A stretch of 63,907 nt of DNA, filler included, from Octopus bimaculoides (GCF_001194135.2; 9 parts of 8 records of this genome joined end to end with filler, not necessarily neighbours in it), one strand, 5' to 3'. Positions 12,162 to 25,418 are shown, numbered from the whole stretch's first letter. Notes: a model not told the origin generated them from the sequence alone. Program-made: numbers and translations.

Positions 12162-15100
12162 AACTTTAGCGCAGATAAGCTACTTATTTAAGAGAAATAA
12201 TCGGCTCAAACAGGGGTTCAGAAAACTGTTCCATGTGACCTTATCAGAAGGCTGCGATTGGTTGGTTTGCACTCTGACGCGAAATAGAACAAGATTCAAA
12301 AATGCGCCAATACTAACCAATCAGAGTGGTGGACACAACAGGTCCAGAGATGCGGCCGAAGGCTAGCTATTATCTGCTACGTCCGCATTCATATATATAT
12401 AACTGAGAGAGAGAGAAGCTTCGCTATACCTCTCTCTGAATGTCCCGCGCTTCTATATTTATAGCCATGTTTTGGCGGCAAAATCATGGAAAATTCCACC
12501 ATGATTAGTTAGAATTAAGAGCAAGTCGTCTGATATATTGTGGCTTATTTTTCGTTACAAGGATAACGCGGTTTCGATTCTAAGCTCCGTAACAAGCTTT
12601 TTTATAGCTTATTCAGTTGCAAGGGGCTTATTCGATACAATTTATGTCCAGTGTAAGCTTCTAACATCTGTGCACTGACATTTGAAAGAAAAACTTGAGC
12701 AAGGGGAAAGATTTCAAAGGTACATTGTCCTGTGGAGGAAGGATTGGACAAAACATTAGTGCCGAACTTTGACGGTGAGACATTATAGGAGTGAGGAGGA
12801 GAGGAGACACGGGTTTTTGAATGGGTTTGACATATAATAGACAAAAAGGATGAAACACCACATCCGTGCACCAGGGTATGTGCTGGTTAGTTATAGTCAT
12901 AGACAACCATTCAGATAGCCTTCAATTGGATATGCTGTAGGATGCTTATATATATATATGTATATATAGCAGCAAGCAGCATCGTCCCAGATGCGAGTCA
13001 AGTACTTCATTTTGCATTTTATGTAAGCTTTAAAGCATCTTCTACCCCTGAAGAGAAAGACTAGACTTTAAGACGCAGTTTTAAGTATGTGTGTTCACCA
13101 AGAGAATCAGCGAAGATTGTAAAACTTTGCATTTGTGAGGCTCTATGTGGTTTAATTGTGTGTTGTATAAAGAAAAAAAGTGAGAGTGAGGTGTAATATT
13201 ATTTTCTGGTGATGTGTCTTTTCTTGGCGGACATAAGCAAGTTTGTTATTCTTTTATTATTTTATACGTTTCAGCCCTAAGGCTGTGGCCACGCTGGGGC
13301 AACGCTAGTGTAATTACTTTTTCAATGGCCAATTTTATGTGACTGACTTTTGGTGAAGGAGTGAGTTCGACACTGCTGCTCTCTTTGTCTACGAAATTTT
13401 GTTGGGGTCTTTATTCATAGAAACAGTACAAGTTTGCCATAAATTATCTGCACACGATTGAGGAGAAATGAAACATGATCTGATCAGAAAATGAATGAAC
13501 ATTGTTAGAGGTCACAGTACACATATCACAAGATTTCAAAAAGAAAATAATAAAGTCAAGAGCAACGACATTCCTTTCATCGAACTTCTCAAGAGCAAGG
13601 AACTACTAATGAATGACAAAGGAGAGCAAGTCCCCAATAGATCTGACTTTGTGGAAATCGTATTAATGGTCACTGAAAAGACTCAAGATGCTAGAGGGGT
13701 GGTTATTAACGACAATTTCCATAACCTTTGAGATATTCGAAATGAACGTGATAAGTTGATAATTGCTCTTCGGGAAGAAGAGATACACCGTAGCATGTTA
13801 TCAAAGACTGGGAAAAATCCCTGCTGTAAGAAAAATTGGAGAGCTTAACGATGATAGGGTCTAACTCTAGCTCTAAACAATCACAAGCCAAACCACGTTA
13901 GCATCACTTCCATTAACTACAAACTAAGAGAGTCACTGTGCCGTCGTTCAACTTGCTATAAACCACAGCTTCATCTAAAGCACTCATGACTCATCCTTCA
14001 TCTAAACCTGTCTTAGCAGTATTAAAAGCCCCGCTGAAGAATCAATGTGCTGGGCCCAATAGGGTTTCTATATTTGACAGCAAACCACAGCAGGTATGGA
14101 TAAGAATGGTGCCCTTGATCCAGCGCTGGATTAACCAATAAGCAAAATAAGCACGTGCTTAGATCATCAAGAGGAGTAGGGCACCGCAGAAATGGAAAAT
14201 GGTTTACGATACGCAAAAAAATACTTTTACACTTTCTAAAATAATATTTGAAGTGGTTTATATGATGTCAGTGAGGATCTGAGTAAAGACTTTGCAATTA
14301 AAAAAAAGTAAGAGAAAACTTTTCAAATATAAATACAGTGGAAGTATACAAAAATAAACATTATTTTCCATCTTACTGTTTAATTTTGCTTTATTTTGAA
14401 AACTAAAAACTTATTTTGTGGTTTATTATTGTTTATATTCGTGTTGCGGCATAGTATGGTTGTGCTTTGACATGCTCCAGCCAATCAAGGCTGGACGCGT
14501 TGGAATACAAATGGCAGTACTCTGCTAAGAAGTGAAGCGCAGTTTTTAAGAAGTTAGCGAAAAGACAACGTAGAAGCAACAGTTATTCTTCCAACATGCA
14601 ACAGTTTTTGTGTGTTCACCACCAACTTCGTGCAACTCATTTGAAGTTATATCGGCTCTCGACTGGTCTCCTCCTGAACAACCTAGTTCATTTATGCTCA
14701 CTTCGCTCCTCGAAAGTCTGGATAACATTAGGCACAACTCTACCTCGTAATGAACTGTATATCTTTATTTAAGCTAGCTTCATTCCGGTCAGCTTACAAC
14801 GGCTTCCAACAGAATCATCTTGGGCAAAAGTTAAATACTTTACCTAACTCGTATACATATATACTAGCTACACCTCTTGCTACTTGTCAGCACTCGTTCC
14901 CATTTTAATAAAGTTATAATGTTTTGTTTAATAACTGCCTTCTGACATTCATTATACATACTTTTCGAAAGCACATTTAATGTACTTTGTCACGAACACT
15001 TGTATATTTCAAATTAGTGACCACTCCCACTGAAGGTCTTTATCCGGCCTTATCTCGACCCATGAGGCCCCTGGGAAACTGTCCCGTGTACCCATATCTT

Positions 15101-15686
15101 CAAAGGGTACTGTCTTGTCCCATCACCTCGTCAAACATTTCGTGTCCCTCTCCAGGCCCTTTATTAACGCATTAACCACTATTCCCAGTCCTTTATTTTT
15201 CCCAGAATGTCAATTCTGTGGAATTCCCTTACTGTACATCTTTTGTTTTTTGTTTTTGTTTTTTGTTTTTTGCAACTGACAACTTGTAAATGTTCAAAGA
15301 GGAACTCTTATCTATCTCAGAGGGTTTGTGAAACCAGAAGTGCTCTCTGTCCCATCAATATTAACAACGCCGCCAGCTGTTACGTTTTCCCTTCCGGAAT
15401 ACACAGTTCACTGTACAGAACACGTTTGCACTATCATTGACAACAGGAACTGCTAGTACTGTTGGGCAAGAACGTGCCAATGAGAAAGCTTTTATGATCT
15501 GCTAGCTTACTGTAAATAGTAGCCTGATCTTCCTGGTCATAGGTCTTCTTGATCAGGATTGATTTGAGGTAAAACGAGGTACTCACTAAGTAGTAACTCG
15601 ATCTGTTGAAAATAGCAACCAGACCTCACTCAAATCTCAACCTACCGTCTTAAAAAAAGGAACGACATAGGTGGATAATGTAGACA

Positions 15687-15714
15687 TCTATCTATATATA
15701 TATAAAATTGAGAA

Positions 15715-15760
<46 letters not shown>

Positions 15761-17169
15761 TGTGTGTCTGTGTGAATCCCTAAAACTCCAGAACTACACA
15801 ACCAATTTCATTCAAATTTTACACATGCCTTACTTAGGGTCCCGGTTGTGTTTTAGTCAAAAAAATTTTAACTTCTTGCATACTTCCAGCCCACAGCAAC
15901 ATCATATCTCCTCCACTATTTAAGTATTACGTGTCAAAAGTGAAACAAAAACATTCATGTCATTCGAACCGGAATCTCAAAAACATTGTTATTATTAAAT
16001 TTATGCATTTCTAATCAATTTGGAGATATTTGCTATCGAGTTGCAGNNNNNNNNNNNNNNNNNNNNNNNNNNNNNNNNNNNNNNNNNNNNNNNNNNNNNN
16101 NNNNNNNNNNNNNNNNNNNNNNNNNNNNNNNNNNNNNNNNNNNNNNNNNNNNNNNNNNNNNNNNNNNNNNNNNNNNNNNNNNNNNNNNNNNNNNNNNNNN
16201 NNNNNNNNNNNNNNNNNNNNNNNNNNNNNNNNNNNNNNNNNNNNNNNNNNNNNNNNNNNNNNNNNNNNNNNNNNNNNNNNNNNNNNNNNNNNNNNNNNNN
16301 NNNNNNNNNNNNNNNNNNNNNNNNNNNNNNNNNNNNNNNNNNNNNNNNNNNNNNNNNNNNNNNNNNNNNNNNNNNNNNNNNNNNNNNNNNNNNNNNNNNN
16401 NNNNNNNNNNNNNNNNNNNNNNNNNNNNNNNNNNNNNNNNNNNNNNNNNNNNNNNNNNNNNNNNNNNNNNNNNNNNNNNNNNNNNNNNNNNNNNNNNNNN
16501 NNNNNNNNNNNNNNNNNNNNNNNNNNNNNNNNNNNNNNNNNNNNNNNNNNNNNNNNNNNNNNNNNNNNNNNNNNCCAATCATGCTGTTAAGGAATTTAGA
16601 TGCTCCAATAATGTACAATGGTATGCGGATGATTATCAAAAAATTGTGCTCCCGAGTTCTGTAGGCAACAATCTTGAATGAACCGGCCGCTGGCTAAGAC
16701 ATACTTATAACTCCCATGTCCCTTACCCACTCCGATACGACCTACAAGTTTAAACAGATGCAATTTCCCATCAAACTCTGCTTTCCCATGACAATCAACA
16801 AGGTGCAGGGACAATCTAACAGAGCAACTATTCTCACACACACAACTGTACGTTGGCTGTCCTCGTGGTCTTTCTATTTGTGCACCCGAGGGAAGGACGA
16901 AGAATGTTGTCTACCAAGAGGCACTCCAATGATAACAACGGCAACTTCAACTGCTCCAATTTCAACTCCACAATTTTTTCATCGTCTTGCCAGCCCACAT
17001 AAGTCCAGTCTTACTTTGCTCTCCTTAATAACTCACCATGACATTCTTTTTTTTCTACCAAGATCCGTCGCCCAAACACCGCTTCATATTCACTTCTTCC
17101 TCTTTTTTATGTTTTCGTTTCTCTCTTCGCGTCGTTCTCTGACCGGGTGAAACCGGGCTTAGCTACTAG
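15687..17169 (+). mobile_element. Non-autonomous Helitron retaining the PIF1-like helicase C-terminus (pseudogene)
   Basis: 5' TC at 15687 after an A. 3' hairpin CCGG-GTGAAA-CCGG, then CTAG (17166-17169) followed by T. Translation: PIMLLRNLDAP...FKQMQFPIKLCFPMTINKVQGQS...FSHTQLYVGC...TKNVVYQEALQ*. Confidence 0.9.
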
Positions 17170-18417
17170 TAGATATATAAAAAGACTGGATGGTCAACAC
17201 CGGAACGCTTTTCATCATAAATCTGCTTTATCAGAGCTTACCATGAGCTAAACAACAATAACAGCAATAACAAGAATTAAAACGGCGGGATCAACTATAG
17301 TTATAAAATGATTTCTCGTAAAAGGTCGCGTTAATTTGTAAAACTGGTGGAATTACAGAAATGTTACAGCAGCAGACTAAACGAGGTGTTGCTGCTGTAT
17401 AATTGATAACACATTTTATCGTCCTCGGAACAAATGAAGGGCGAAGTTGACTTTGGTGAGAAGCAAACTCAGAATATAAAGCGATGCGACTAAATACCAC
17501 GAGCTGTTGTTTAACCCAAATCAATCCTGATCCAGCAAACCTATAATCATCGACATTACACCAGTGACCATCACATCTTTTAATAGGAGAGCTCTTCTTA
17601 AAAAACATTTCCCAGTGAGTCAGCAAATTTCCTTCGAACTACACCCCACTTAGAGGTGTGATTTAAAGGAGATTTGCTACCTGTTATTTCTAGCGGATCG
17701 AGTGGCTATGTAGAGCTCTACTGACGCTCTAAAGTTTCTGAAATTTCCCCAACTTCACATTTTCCTTCCGTTTTCTTTTCGGTTATTGTCTTCAATCAAG
17801 TTCAACCGCATTTTTTAAAGGTGACAACGTCACTTCCTCCAACCTCATCCTATTCACACCCATTTTCCCATCCCCAATTCCTTTTTGTTCCGGTTTTTCT
17901 TTCTCCGCCTCTATAAGCTTCTTTCATCTTGCTGTTTTCCTCTATTTCTCTATTCCTGCTTTATAACCACATCCTCTCTCTCTCTTTCTTTCCTTCCTTC
18001 CTTCTTTCTTTCTCTCTCTCTCTCTAAACATTTTACTCTTTTCCCCCTTCGCTTTCTAATATCCCTTACCATCCAGTTCTATCGTGCAATTCTTCTTAAT
18101 TTTCTGCCTCTCCTGTAATTACTGCTTCTTAATTACCCCTCTTCAAGCAATCAACCTTTCCTTCGTCTCGCTTTTCCCTTCTCACTCCTTTATGTTCCCT
18201 TCATCAATTCTTCTCTACCTTATTATGTATATCTCTCACTCATTCTTTCCATGTCTGCCTTCCATCACGTGACATGCACACGCGCGCACACGAATAAATT
18301 TGTGTCTGTCACGAAAATATGCCGGAAATGGATTTCCTCATGTGCCTAGAATAGATTGACTTATTACATAAACATAACAACGAAATGTACTTTCTTCTTT
18401 TGGTTGCAAACAAAACA

Positions 18418-18560
18418 AAGGCGGTGAGCTGGAGGAATCGTTCACACCGGAAAAAATGCTTAGCGGCCTTTCTTCCGGCTTTACGTTCTGAGTTCAAATT
18501 CCGCGGAGATCGACTTTATCGTTCACTCTTTCGTGATCTATAAAATAATACCAGGTGAGC
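18418..18560 (+). mobile_element. tRNA-headed SINE (family A)
   Basis: AAGGCGGTGAGCTGGAGGAATCG...TTCTGAGTTCAAATTCCGCGG. Confidence 0.75.
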
Positions 18561-18786
18561 AAAAAGTTCAGGCCTTGTACGCATAGTAGAAAGGCTTGTG
18601 TGCAAAACACATTGTTTACAGTAAGCACAAATAATGTTTCTCACATAATAAAAACATTGCAAGTAAATTTCTACACATAAAAATTTTCCTGTGCAAATCA
18701 GACAAACAGTAGCAGCGAACACAACAAAACAGTCGGACGCCACCTACACCACAGTCGTAAAATAAACCTTGTTCAACAAATTGTCG

Positions 18787-19050
18787 AGGGCGCATTACCT
18801 AGTTGTTAGGGTGTTGCACTCACGATCGCGAGATCGTGGTTTCAGTTCCTGGACTGGATGGTGCATCGTATTCTTCAGCAAAACACTTCGTTTCATGTTC
18901 CTCTGCGATTCATCGACACCCGATGCGTGCTGCACTTGTACACCTGTACACCTGTACAGGCAATGTCGATTTGATGGAGGGGAGTGAGCTGATCTACAGC
19001 ACATACATTTGATCACTATAAACAAATCGTTTGTGCAGGTTATTCAAAAG
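18787..19050 (+). mobile_element. tRNA-headed SINE (family C)
   Basis: GGGCGCATTACCTAGTTGTTAGGGTGTTGCACTCACGATCGCGAGATCGTGGTTTCAGTTCCTGG: a tRNA-like head with degenerate A/B boxes. Confidence 0.6.
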
Positions 19051-19212
19051 AAATTGCAAAACTGTCTTTCCCGGACAACAAGAGACTGTAGCGAGACCAC
19101 TTTCTATTATGGTATATTGAAAACATTTTGATTTATATAGGCTCATCACTTTAACCTATAGTGATTGGTCAATGTACCTATCATGTGAGTGTTTGGACAT
19201 TTGTTGAACCCT

Positions 19213-19769
19213 GCGTTGTGACTGGTTGAGTGTTGCGCCGGAATTGAATCGAAGGTTCAATCACTTTGCTCGTAATATAGTCTCAAACAGCTAATCCGTA
19301 TGTGTTCGGGAGCCTCCTTTTTCACATAAATTGGTGCGACAAATTATTTACGTGTCAGAAGGGTAATTGTTTTCATCGAGGCGATTTACGTGGATCCTGT
19401 CGTTTTTTTTTTCAGAAGAGAATTAATATAACGGAGCCAACGCAGCCAATGCCGACCCAAGCTGAATTATCCAAACGATGAGATGAACAACTACCAGAAT
19501 TTTGATGGCGTCTTCTACACGAGGTAATTGTTCACCCATGGTTTGGATAATTCAGCTTGGGCAGTCATTGGTTGCGTTGGCTCCGTTATATTAATTCTCC
19601 TCTGAAAAAACGATAGGATCCACGTAACTCCCCTTGATGAAAACACTCACCCTTCTGAGACGTAAATAATTTGTCGTACCAATTTATGGGAAAAAAGGAG
19701 GCTCCGGAACACATACGGATTAGTTGTTTGAGAATATATTCCGGCGCAACACTCAACCAATCACAACGC
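19213..19769. repeat. Long imperfect palindrome (fold-back or MITE-like): arms 19213-19495 and 19523-19769, 27-nt loop
   Basis: GCGTTGTGACTGGTTGAGTGTTGCGCCGGAAT pairs with ATTCCGGCGCAACACTCAACCAATCACAACGC. Complementarity continues to the centre, with one ~30-nt indel in the left arm. Confidence 0.9.
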
Positions 19770-19772
19770 CTA

Positions 19773-20870
19773 ACCTTGCCCCGGTGTGTGACTGACCAAG
19801 CTGGAACGGATCCTTTTCCGCTTTTTGTGGAATGGGAAACCACCACTTGTGAGGCACTGCATCTGCTGCCAGAAACCGTTAAAGGGTGGGTTCGGGATGC
19901 CTTGGCTGATGATGCGCATGTATGCGATGAGGCTGAGACACCTCTGGCTCTACCTGGATGGTTAACGGGTGTGGTCACCGCATGTCAAGTTCTTCCTGCC
20001 ACAATTGACGTCCTTGCGGGACGTAGGCGCATGGATCACGCGGAGACCGAAAATGAGTGAATGGCAGAGGGAGTGCAGACATGCACTCGCTCTATTCTCC
20101 CGCACGAGCAGTACCGGCATCGGGACTACCACTGAGGGTTTTTATAGTGGATTGGTAGAGCACATGTCCGTCGACATCCTGAGGGAGACTCTAGGCTTCG
20201 GTGAGGAACAGCTTGTCAACCTGTTCGGAAGAACATTCGGGCTGAGGTATCTGGACAACTTCCAGAAATCCCTGGCCTGGTTGTGCTACTGATCGGCCTT
20301 GCCAGTTCGAGAGAGGCTGTCAAGGCATGGTGCTGGTACCCCACCCGCATGCCCGAGGTGCGGACGTGTCAGTGAAACTGTCACGTACGCCTTCGTACAT
20401 TATGAGTAACTGAGGGGATTGATAATCTATGTCGAACAACTAGTGTCAGATACGGAAAGAGTACGGTTATCGATTGAGTCTATCATAAAGATTGTGCCAC
20501 CTTCCTCCTTTAACAAGGAAAAGGAAACGTCATTTTTCTGCATAGTAGCCGTATTGAAAGAGACAGTATGGGTGACGCGTGGAAGAGGAATCGAGACAGG
20601 CGACTTTATCTCCGGACACGGGTTGGTTAGTTATTTTAACTACTACCTGTCCAGGAAGAACAGTCTGGAGAAGAGATGCCTGCCTCAAAGAACGTTTGAG
20701 AAAAGATGGGCAAATGTCGTAAGGAAGTTGAGAGTGAATAGGGCTGCGCTAGTGTAGCTGGTCTGAACGGAAAAGAAGGGAAAAACAGAAGAAAAAACAA
20801 AAAATAAATAATAATATAAGAGTAAAAAAGGAAGAAAACCGGCGGGTCGAACACAAACCCAGAAAAATAT
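19773..20870 (+). mobile_element. 5'-truncated L1/Tx1-type LINE (post-RT region, zf-RVT-like CCHC region, A-rich 3' end), pseudogene
   Basis: Translation KLERILFRFLWNGKPPLV...GGFGMPWL...FQKSLAWLCY*...LPVRERLSRHG...CPRCGRVSETVTYAF. The ORF ends at TAG 20755-20757 and is followed by an A-rich tract. Confidence 0.85.
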
Positions 20871-20994
20871 CATCATTTAATTTTTAATTCATTTCGATTT
20901 CACTTGTACTGTGTAAATTCATTCGATTCCATGAAATCAAATTTTTTATACGAACTAACTAATGTATAACCCTAGTTAACTAATTAGCATAAAG

Positions 20995-21185
20995 TCACTT
21001 ACAGACAGCCGATGTTAGTGTTTATGTCCCTGTGACATAGCGGTTCGGCAAAAGCGATGGAGAGAATAAGTACCAGGCTTTAAAAACAAAATAAGTTCTG
21101 GAGTTGATACATTCGACTAAAAATTCTTCAAGGTGCTCCAGACAGGCCGCAGTCTATTGAGTGAAACAAGTAACAGACAAAAGAT
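20995..21185 (+). mobile_element. SINE 3' core (family B)
   Basis: TTTATGTCCCTGTGACATAGCGGTTCGGCAAAAG...GGCCGCAGTCTATTGAGTGAAACAAGTAA. Confidence 0.75.
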
Positions 21186-21214
21186 ATGTACTTGTGTATA
21201 TGTATTCTTTTAGT

Positions 21215-21388
21215 TTTTTACTTGTTTCAGTCATTTGACTGCGGCCATGCTGGAGCACCGCCTTTAGTCGAGCAAATCGACCCCATGACTTATTCTGTGT
21301 AAGCCTAGTACTTATTCTATCAGTCTCTTTTGCCGAACTGCTAAGTGACGAGGACATAAACACACCAACATCGGTTGTCAAGCGATGG
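21215..21388 (-). mobile_element. SINE 3' core (family B), tail-to-tail with the previous copy
   Basis: CTTGTTTCAGTCATTTGACTGCGGCCATGCTGGAGCACCGCC...CATCGGTTGTCAAGCGATGG. Confidence 0.85.
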
Positions 21389-21959
21389 NNNNNNNNNNNN
21401 NNNNNNNNNNNNNNNNNNNNNNNNNNNNNNNNNNNNNNNNNNNNNNNNNNNNNNNNNNNNNNNNNNNNNNNNNNNNNNNNNNNNNNNNNNNNNNNNNNNN
21501 NNNNNNNNNNNNNNNNNNNNNNNNNNNNNNNNNNNNNNNNNNNNNNNNNNNNNNNNNNNNNNNNNNNNNNNNNNNNNNNNNNNNNNATATGAGGCAAGAT
21601 GTGCGTGTGTGTGTACGTGAATGTAGTTTATGCACGTCCACAAATTAGCACGCATGTCGCTCCAATTTTAGGAGGAGATTCGTCATGACCCTATCTGCAT
21701 TTCCGTCAACTTTTTTTCTCAGAGGCACCCGCGTATAGCTGTAAAAATCGATTTTCAACCATAACTTTTACCAATTTCGAAGTTTGCGCCTGAAGGAGAG
21801 AGAGAGAAATTGTATGTTTGTGAGAGGGAGGGTGAGGAAAGATACATTTTGTTTGCCATCGTCTAACAAAAAAAAGTAAAGAAAAAGTGGGAGTTGTGTG
21901 GTAAGCAGCAAACAACAAGCAAAAAGAGAAAACGCAGCAAACAACAAGCAAAAAGAAGA

Positions 21960-22237
21960 AATACCTTCTCTCTCTCCCTCTCTATCTCTCTCTCCCTCCC
22001 TTACACACACATGCCAGTTATCTCTCTTTCTTTCTTTCTTTTTTTCTTTCTCTCTTTTTCTCTTCTTCTCTCACACACACAGCAACATTACACACAAAAC
22101 ACATGTTATATAATTTTATAGTGAGTATGCGAGACAGAAAGTGTGGTATGTATGTGAAGTTCTTTTGTTAGTGTGAGAGAGGGGCGTGTGTGTGTGTGTG
22201 TGTGTGTGTAATGTTGCTGTGTGTGTGAGACAGGGAG

Positions 22238-22300
<63 letters not shown>

Positions 22301-22510
22301 ACAAAATAAAGAAAGATAACCGGCATGAGTGTAAGTGAGGGAGAGAGAGAGAAGGTGAGAAATAATTGGCATGTGTGTAAGGGAGGGAGAGACAGAAGGT
22401 GAGAGATAACTGGCATGTGTGTAAGGGAGGGAGAGAGATAGAGAGGGAGAGATGACTAACATGTGTGTAAGGGTGGGAGAGAGAGATAGAGAGATAGAGA
22501 GGGAGAGCGC
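21960..22510. repeat. Composite repeat: four ~40-bp minisatellite units (GAGATAACTGGCATGTGTGTAAGGGAGGGAGA) and (GAAA)n, with an inverted partial copy at about 21965-22105
   Basis: Units read directly at about 22315-22500. The reverse complement CTCCCTCCCTTACACACACATGCCAGTTATCTC and CAGCAACATTACACAC occurs at about 21990-22100. Confidence 0.75.
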
Positions 22511-22778
22511 GCTCTCTATCTCTTTTGCGTTCTTTCCCACTTCCCTAACCCAACACTTTTTACGGAAACTGCCGAATTGATGTAAACAAACCCATGTGGT
22601 CTAATTTTCACATTTCTAGGTATTGTACCGTAAATCACCATTTCCAAAATATATTTATTTAAAATCATTTATCCGTATATATATATATAAGGCAAGATGT
22701 GTGTGTGTGTGTTTTGTTGATATACGGGCAACACACACACACACATACGAACATGTATGCGTACAAAAAGTATGTATG

Positions 22779-22878
22779 NNNNNNNNNNNNNNNNNNNNNN
22801 NNNNNNNNNNNNNNNNNNNNNNTTAATTAATTAANNNNNNNNNNNNNNNNNNNNNNNNNNNNNNNNNNNNNNNNNNNN
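22779..22878. other. Artificial scaffolding linker (N44-TTAATTAATTAA-N44)
   Basis: Identical 100-bp construct at eight positions; the 12-mer has stops in all six frames. Confidence 0.95.
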
Positions 22879-22923
<45 letters not shown>

Positions 22924-23329
22924 TATCTATATCTATCTATATATAAACTATACAAAAATAATCATGCTACCTACACATGATGATACATTTATTATTATCT
23001 TATCACAATATAAACTGAACACAGATTAAGTCATACACTACAATCTTGGTACCAACTTTCATTATCTACAAGTAAAATACAACCAAAACAAGAAAATGTT
23101 GAAATTGAACTACTATACCAAAAGATAGAAAAATTGAGGGGGTAAATGCATTATAAACATCAATGATAGACTCTAAGACTTATTTTGTGTTGAATACAAT
23201 AAAAATAGGTACCAACCAAAAAGTAGCCAAATACTCAACAAGAGACTCACACAAGCTGTAATGACCACATAAAAGCATGTAAGAGTGACAGATGCATTAT
23301 GTTCATAATCAAGAATAGAGATGAATACA

Positions 23330-24360
23330 TTGCACTAATCAATAGTTTACTTCAAAAATAAGTTTACAAAGATTCCAAAAAACAACAACCAATTGAAAAT
23401 CAAATTAAATGAAATAATTTCAGTGATAAGATCCCCATACTTTCCCCATAGCAAAGAAGAATGCATTCCAGCACATATATATGGTAGTGTAAAATATACA
23501 AACTAAACAACTCCCCTGACTCTTAATATTCTGAGTAAATACATTCACACTTAAAATCACCAAACAAATAAATAACATTACTAAAAAATACACAAGGCAT
23601 TGGAAGAATTTTTAGGTATTTTAGAAGAAACAATGAAGGAAGTAAGTATCCTTTCTACTCTAGATGTAGGAGGTCTTTTCGCTATTGTTCCAGTTGCAGA
23701 AACAATAGACTTGATATTAGATAATGTATACAAACACCCAAAAATAAAGCCAGCCATGATAGCAGCAAAATTATTTAGAAATACTAATAGTAGCCTGCAC
23801 AACAGAAATACCTTTTTGCTACTCTTGAGGCAAGATCTGTAAACATAAAACAAGTATCTATGAGTTCTTCCCTTGGGCCTGTATTTACTACATTCTACCT
23901 AGCTTCACTAGAAAACAAAATAATACCTAAACACTAACATACAGTATGCACTAGATACGTAGAAGATATACTTGTAATGGATACATCTGAATAATACCGA
24001 GAAATTAAAAGGCAGACCAAGAGAACAAATCAATTCTAAAATTTAACATTTAAAACAATCTTGATATGACTCCGTTTCTAAACATTACATTCAGATTAAA
24101 AACAATTGATACATTACATCAGTATCAGTTTACACAAAAGACACAAATGAATGCATATGTTTATATGAAGATAGCAAATTCCTCCATAACTACAAAATGT
24201 CAGTGGTAAATCACTTCTTAGAGGAGGATCTAGATTCTCTTCTACAAATGAAGACACTAGATAAAAGAAATCCATGAAATAAAACAAACTATATTTAACA
24301 ACAGATATTCAAACAGGCTAGTAGACCAAGCTACTGATGAATGTAGACAGAAATACAATG
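23330..24360 (+). mobile_element. Heavily decayed Penelope-like element RT (Penelope/Poseidon-like), pseudogene
   Basis: Translation fragments HIYGSVK, LDVGGLFAIVPVAETIDLILDNVYKHP, SMSSSLGPVF and RYVEDI (catalytic DD now ED, 23956-23967), plus VYTKDTN thumb-region motifs. Confidence 0.8.
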
Positions 24361-25418
24361 CAACAAATAGAAGATCAGACAGTACCCCTACTAAAAATAC
24401 ACACATTACAAAGTGTATTATATAGATCAAATATATATCAGGTATAGAATCAATGAACACAATCAAAAATATAATAAAACAAAATACAAAATGCATTACA
24501 ACAAACCATAAACTGACACTAGTAATGATATATCACAAGATCACAAACCTTCTTATCAAGCCTTTTGTTCTGTTGAAATACATTGACTTTGTTTCGATTA
24601 CTTTCGAAAATAATCAAGAATTTAGTAAAATAAGTTTGTCATTCTTAAGCATGAATTAACATGAAATTTGACAGAAGGTTTTAATTTAGATCACATTAAA
24701 ACAGGAAGCTTGTATCATAGACCCAGAAGCAGTCTTGGTCATGTTAAGTTTATATCACCACATGCATTTAAACATGACCAATGTAATTTATAAAATTTGA
24801 CTGTGAAAGTTGAAATTCCAACTGTTTCATTGGCCAAACAAGTACAACACTCACTTGTAGGCTTACTATGTATTTAAAAGAAGGAGCAATTGCAACACAC
24901 TAAAACAGACCATAAAACAAAGCTTTATTATAGGAAATTATTAACAGAAAACACTTCCATTCTATATAGGATTCCCCATCACAACACAAGGCTACAAGTA
25001 ATACACACATCACAAATGCAAATCTTATGCAGTAAAAATCTAAAGATCTGACAGTCAAATTCTGGCAAGAAAGTCTTATAAATATAATCTGCTCATTATA
25101 AAAAGGGAAACATAGAAACCAATTCTGAGATGAGGTTGAGATACTCGAAAAATGTTGATGAAGGTGAGTTTGGGAAGTTATTGTTCCAAACTATAAGAAT
25201 CTGATACACAGAAATACAAGAAAATTTAATAAAAACTTGTTTAAAAGAAAAGCTGTTCTCCATAGATACAAATATACCTGTACATGTGTATGTGAGTGTG
25301 TGTGTTTAAATATACATATATGTATGTGTATAGAGGTATATGTATATATGTGTATGTCTGCAAACACGTATGTTTATAAATATATGTTTGTATATATGTG
25401 TGTGTATGTATGCATGTA

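Noticed and set aside
13044-13078. CTGAAGA-GAAAG..CTTT hammerhead-like string
   Set aside because: The GAAA half of the core is missing (AAGA) and there is no stem I.
24334-24356. CTGATGA-A-TGT AG ACA-GAAA hammerhead-like string
   Set aside because: It lies within PLE coding remnant, stem II has a 2-nt loop, and there is no stem I; probably chance.
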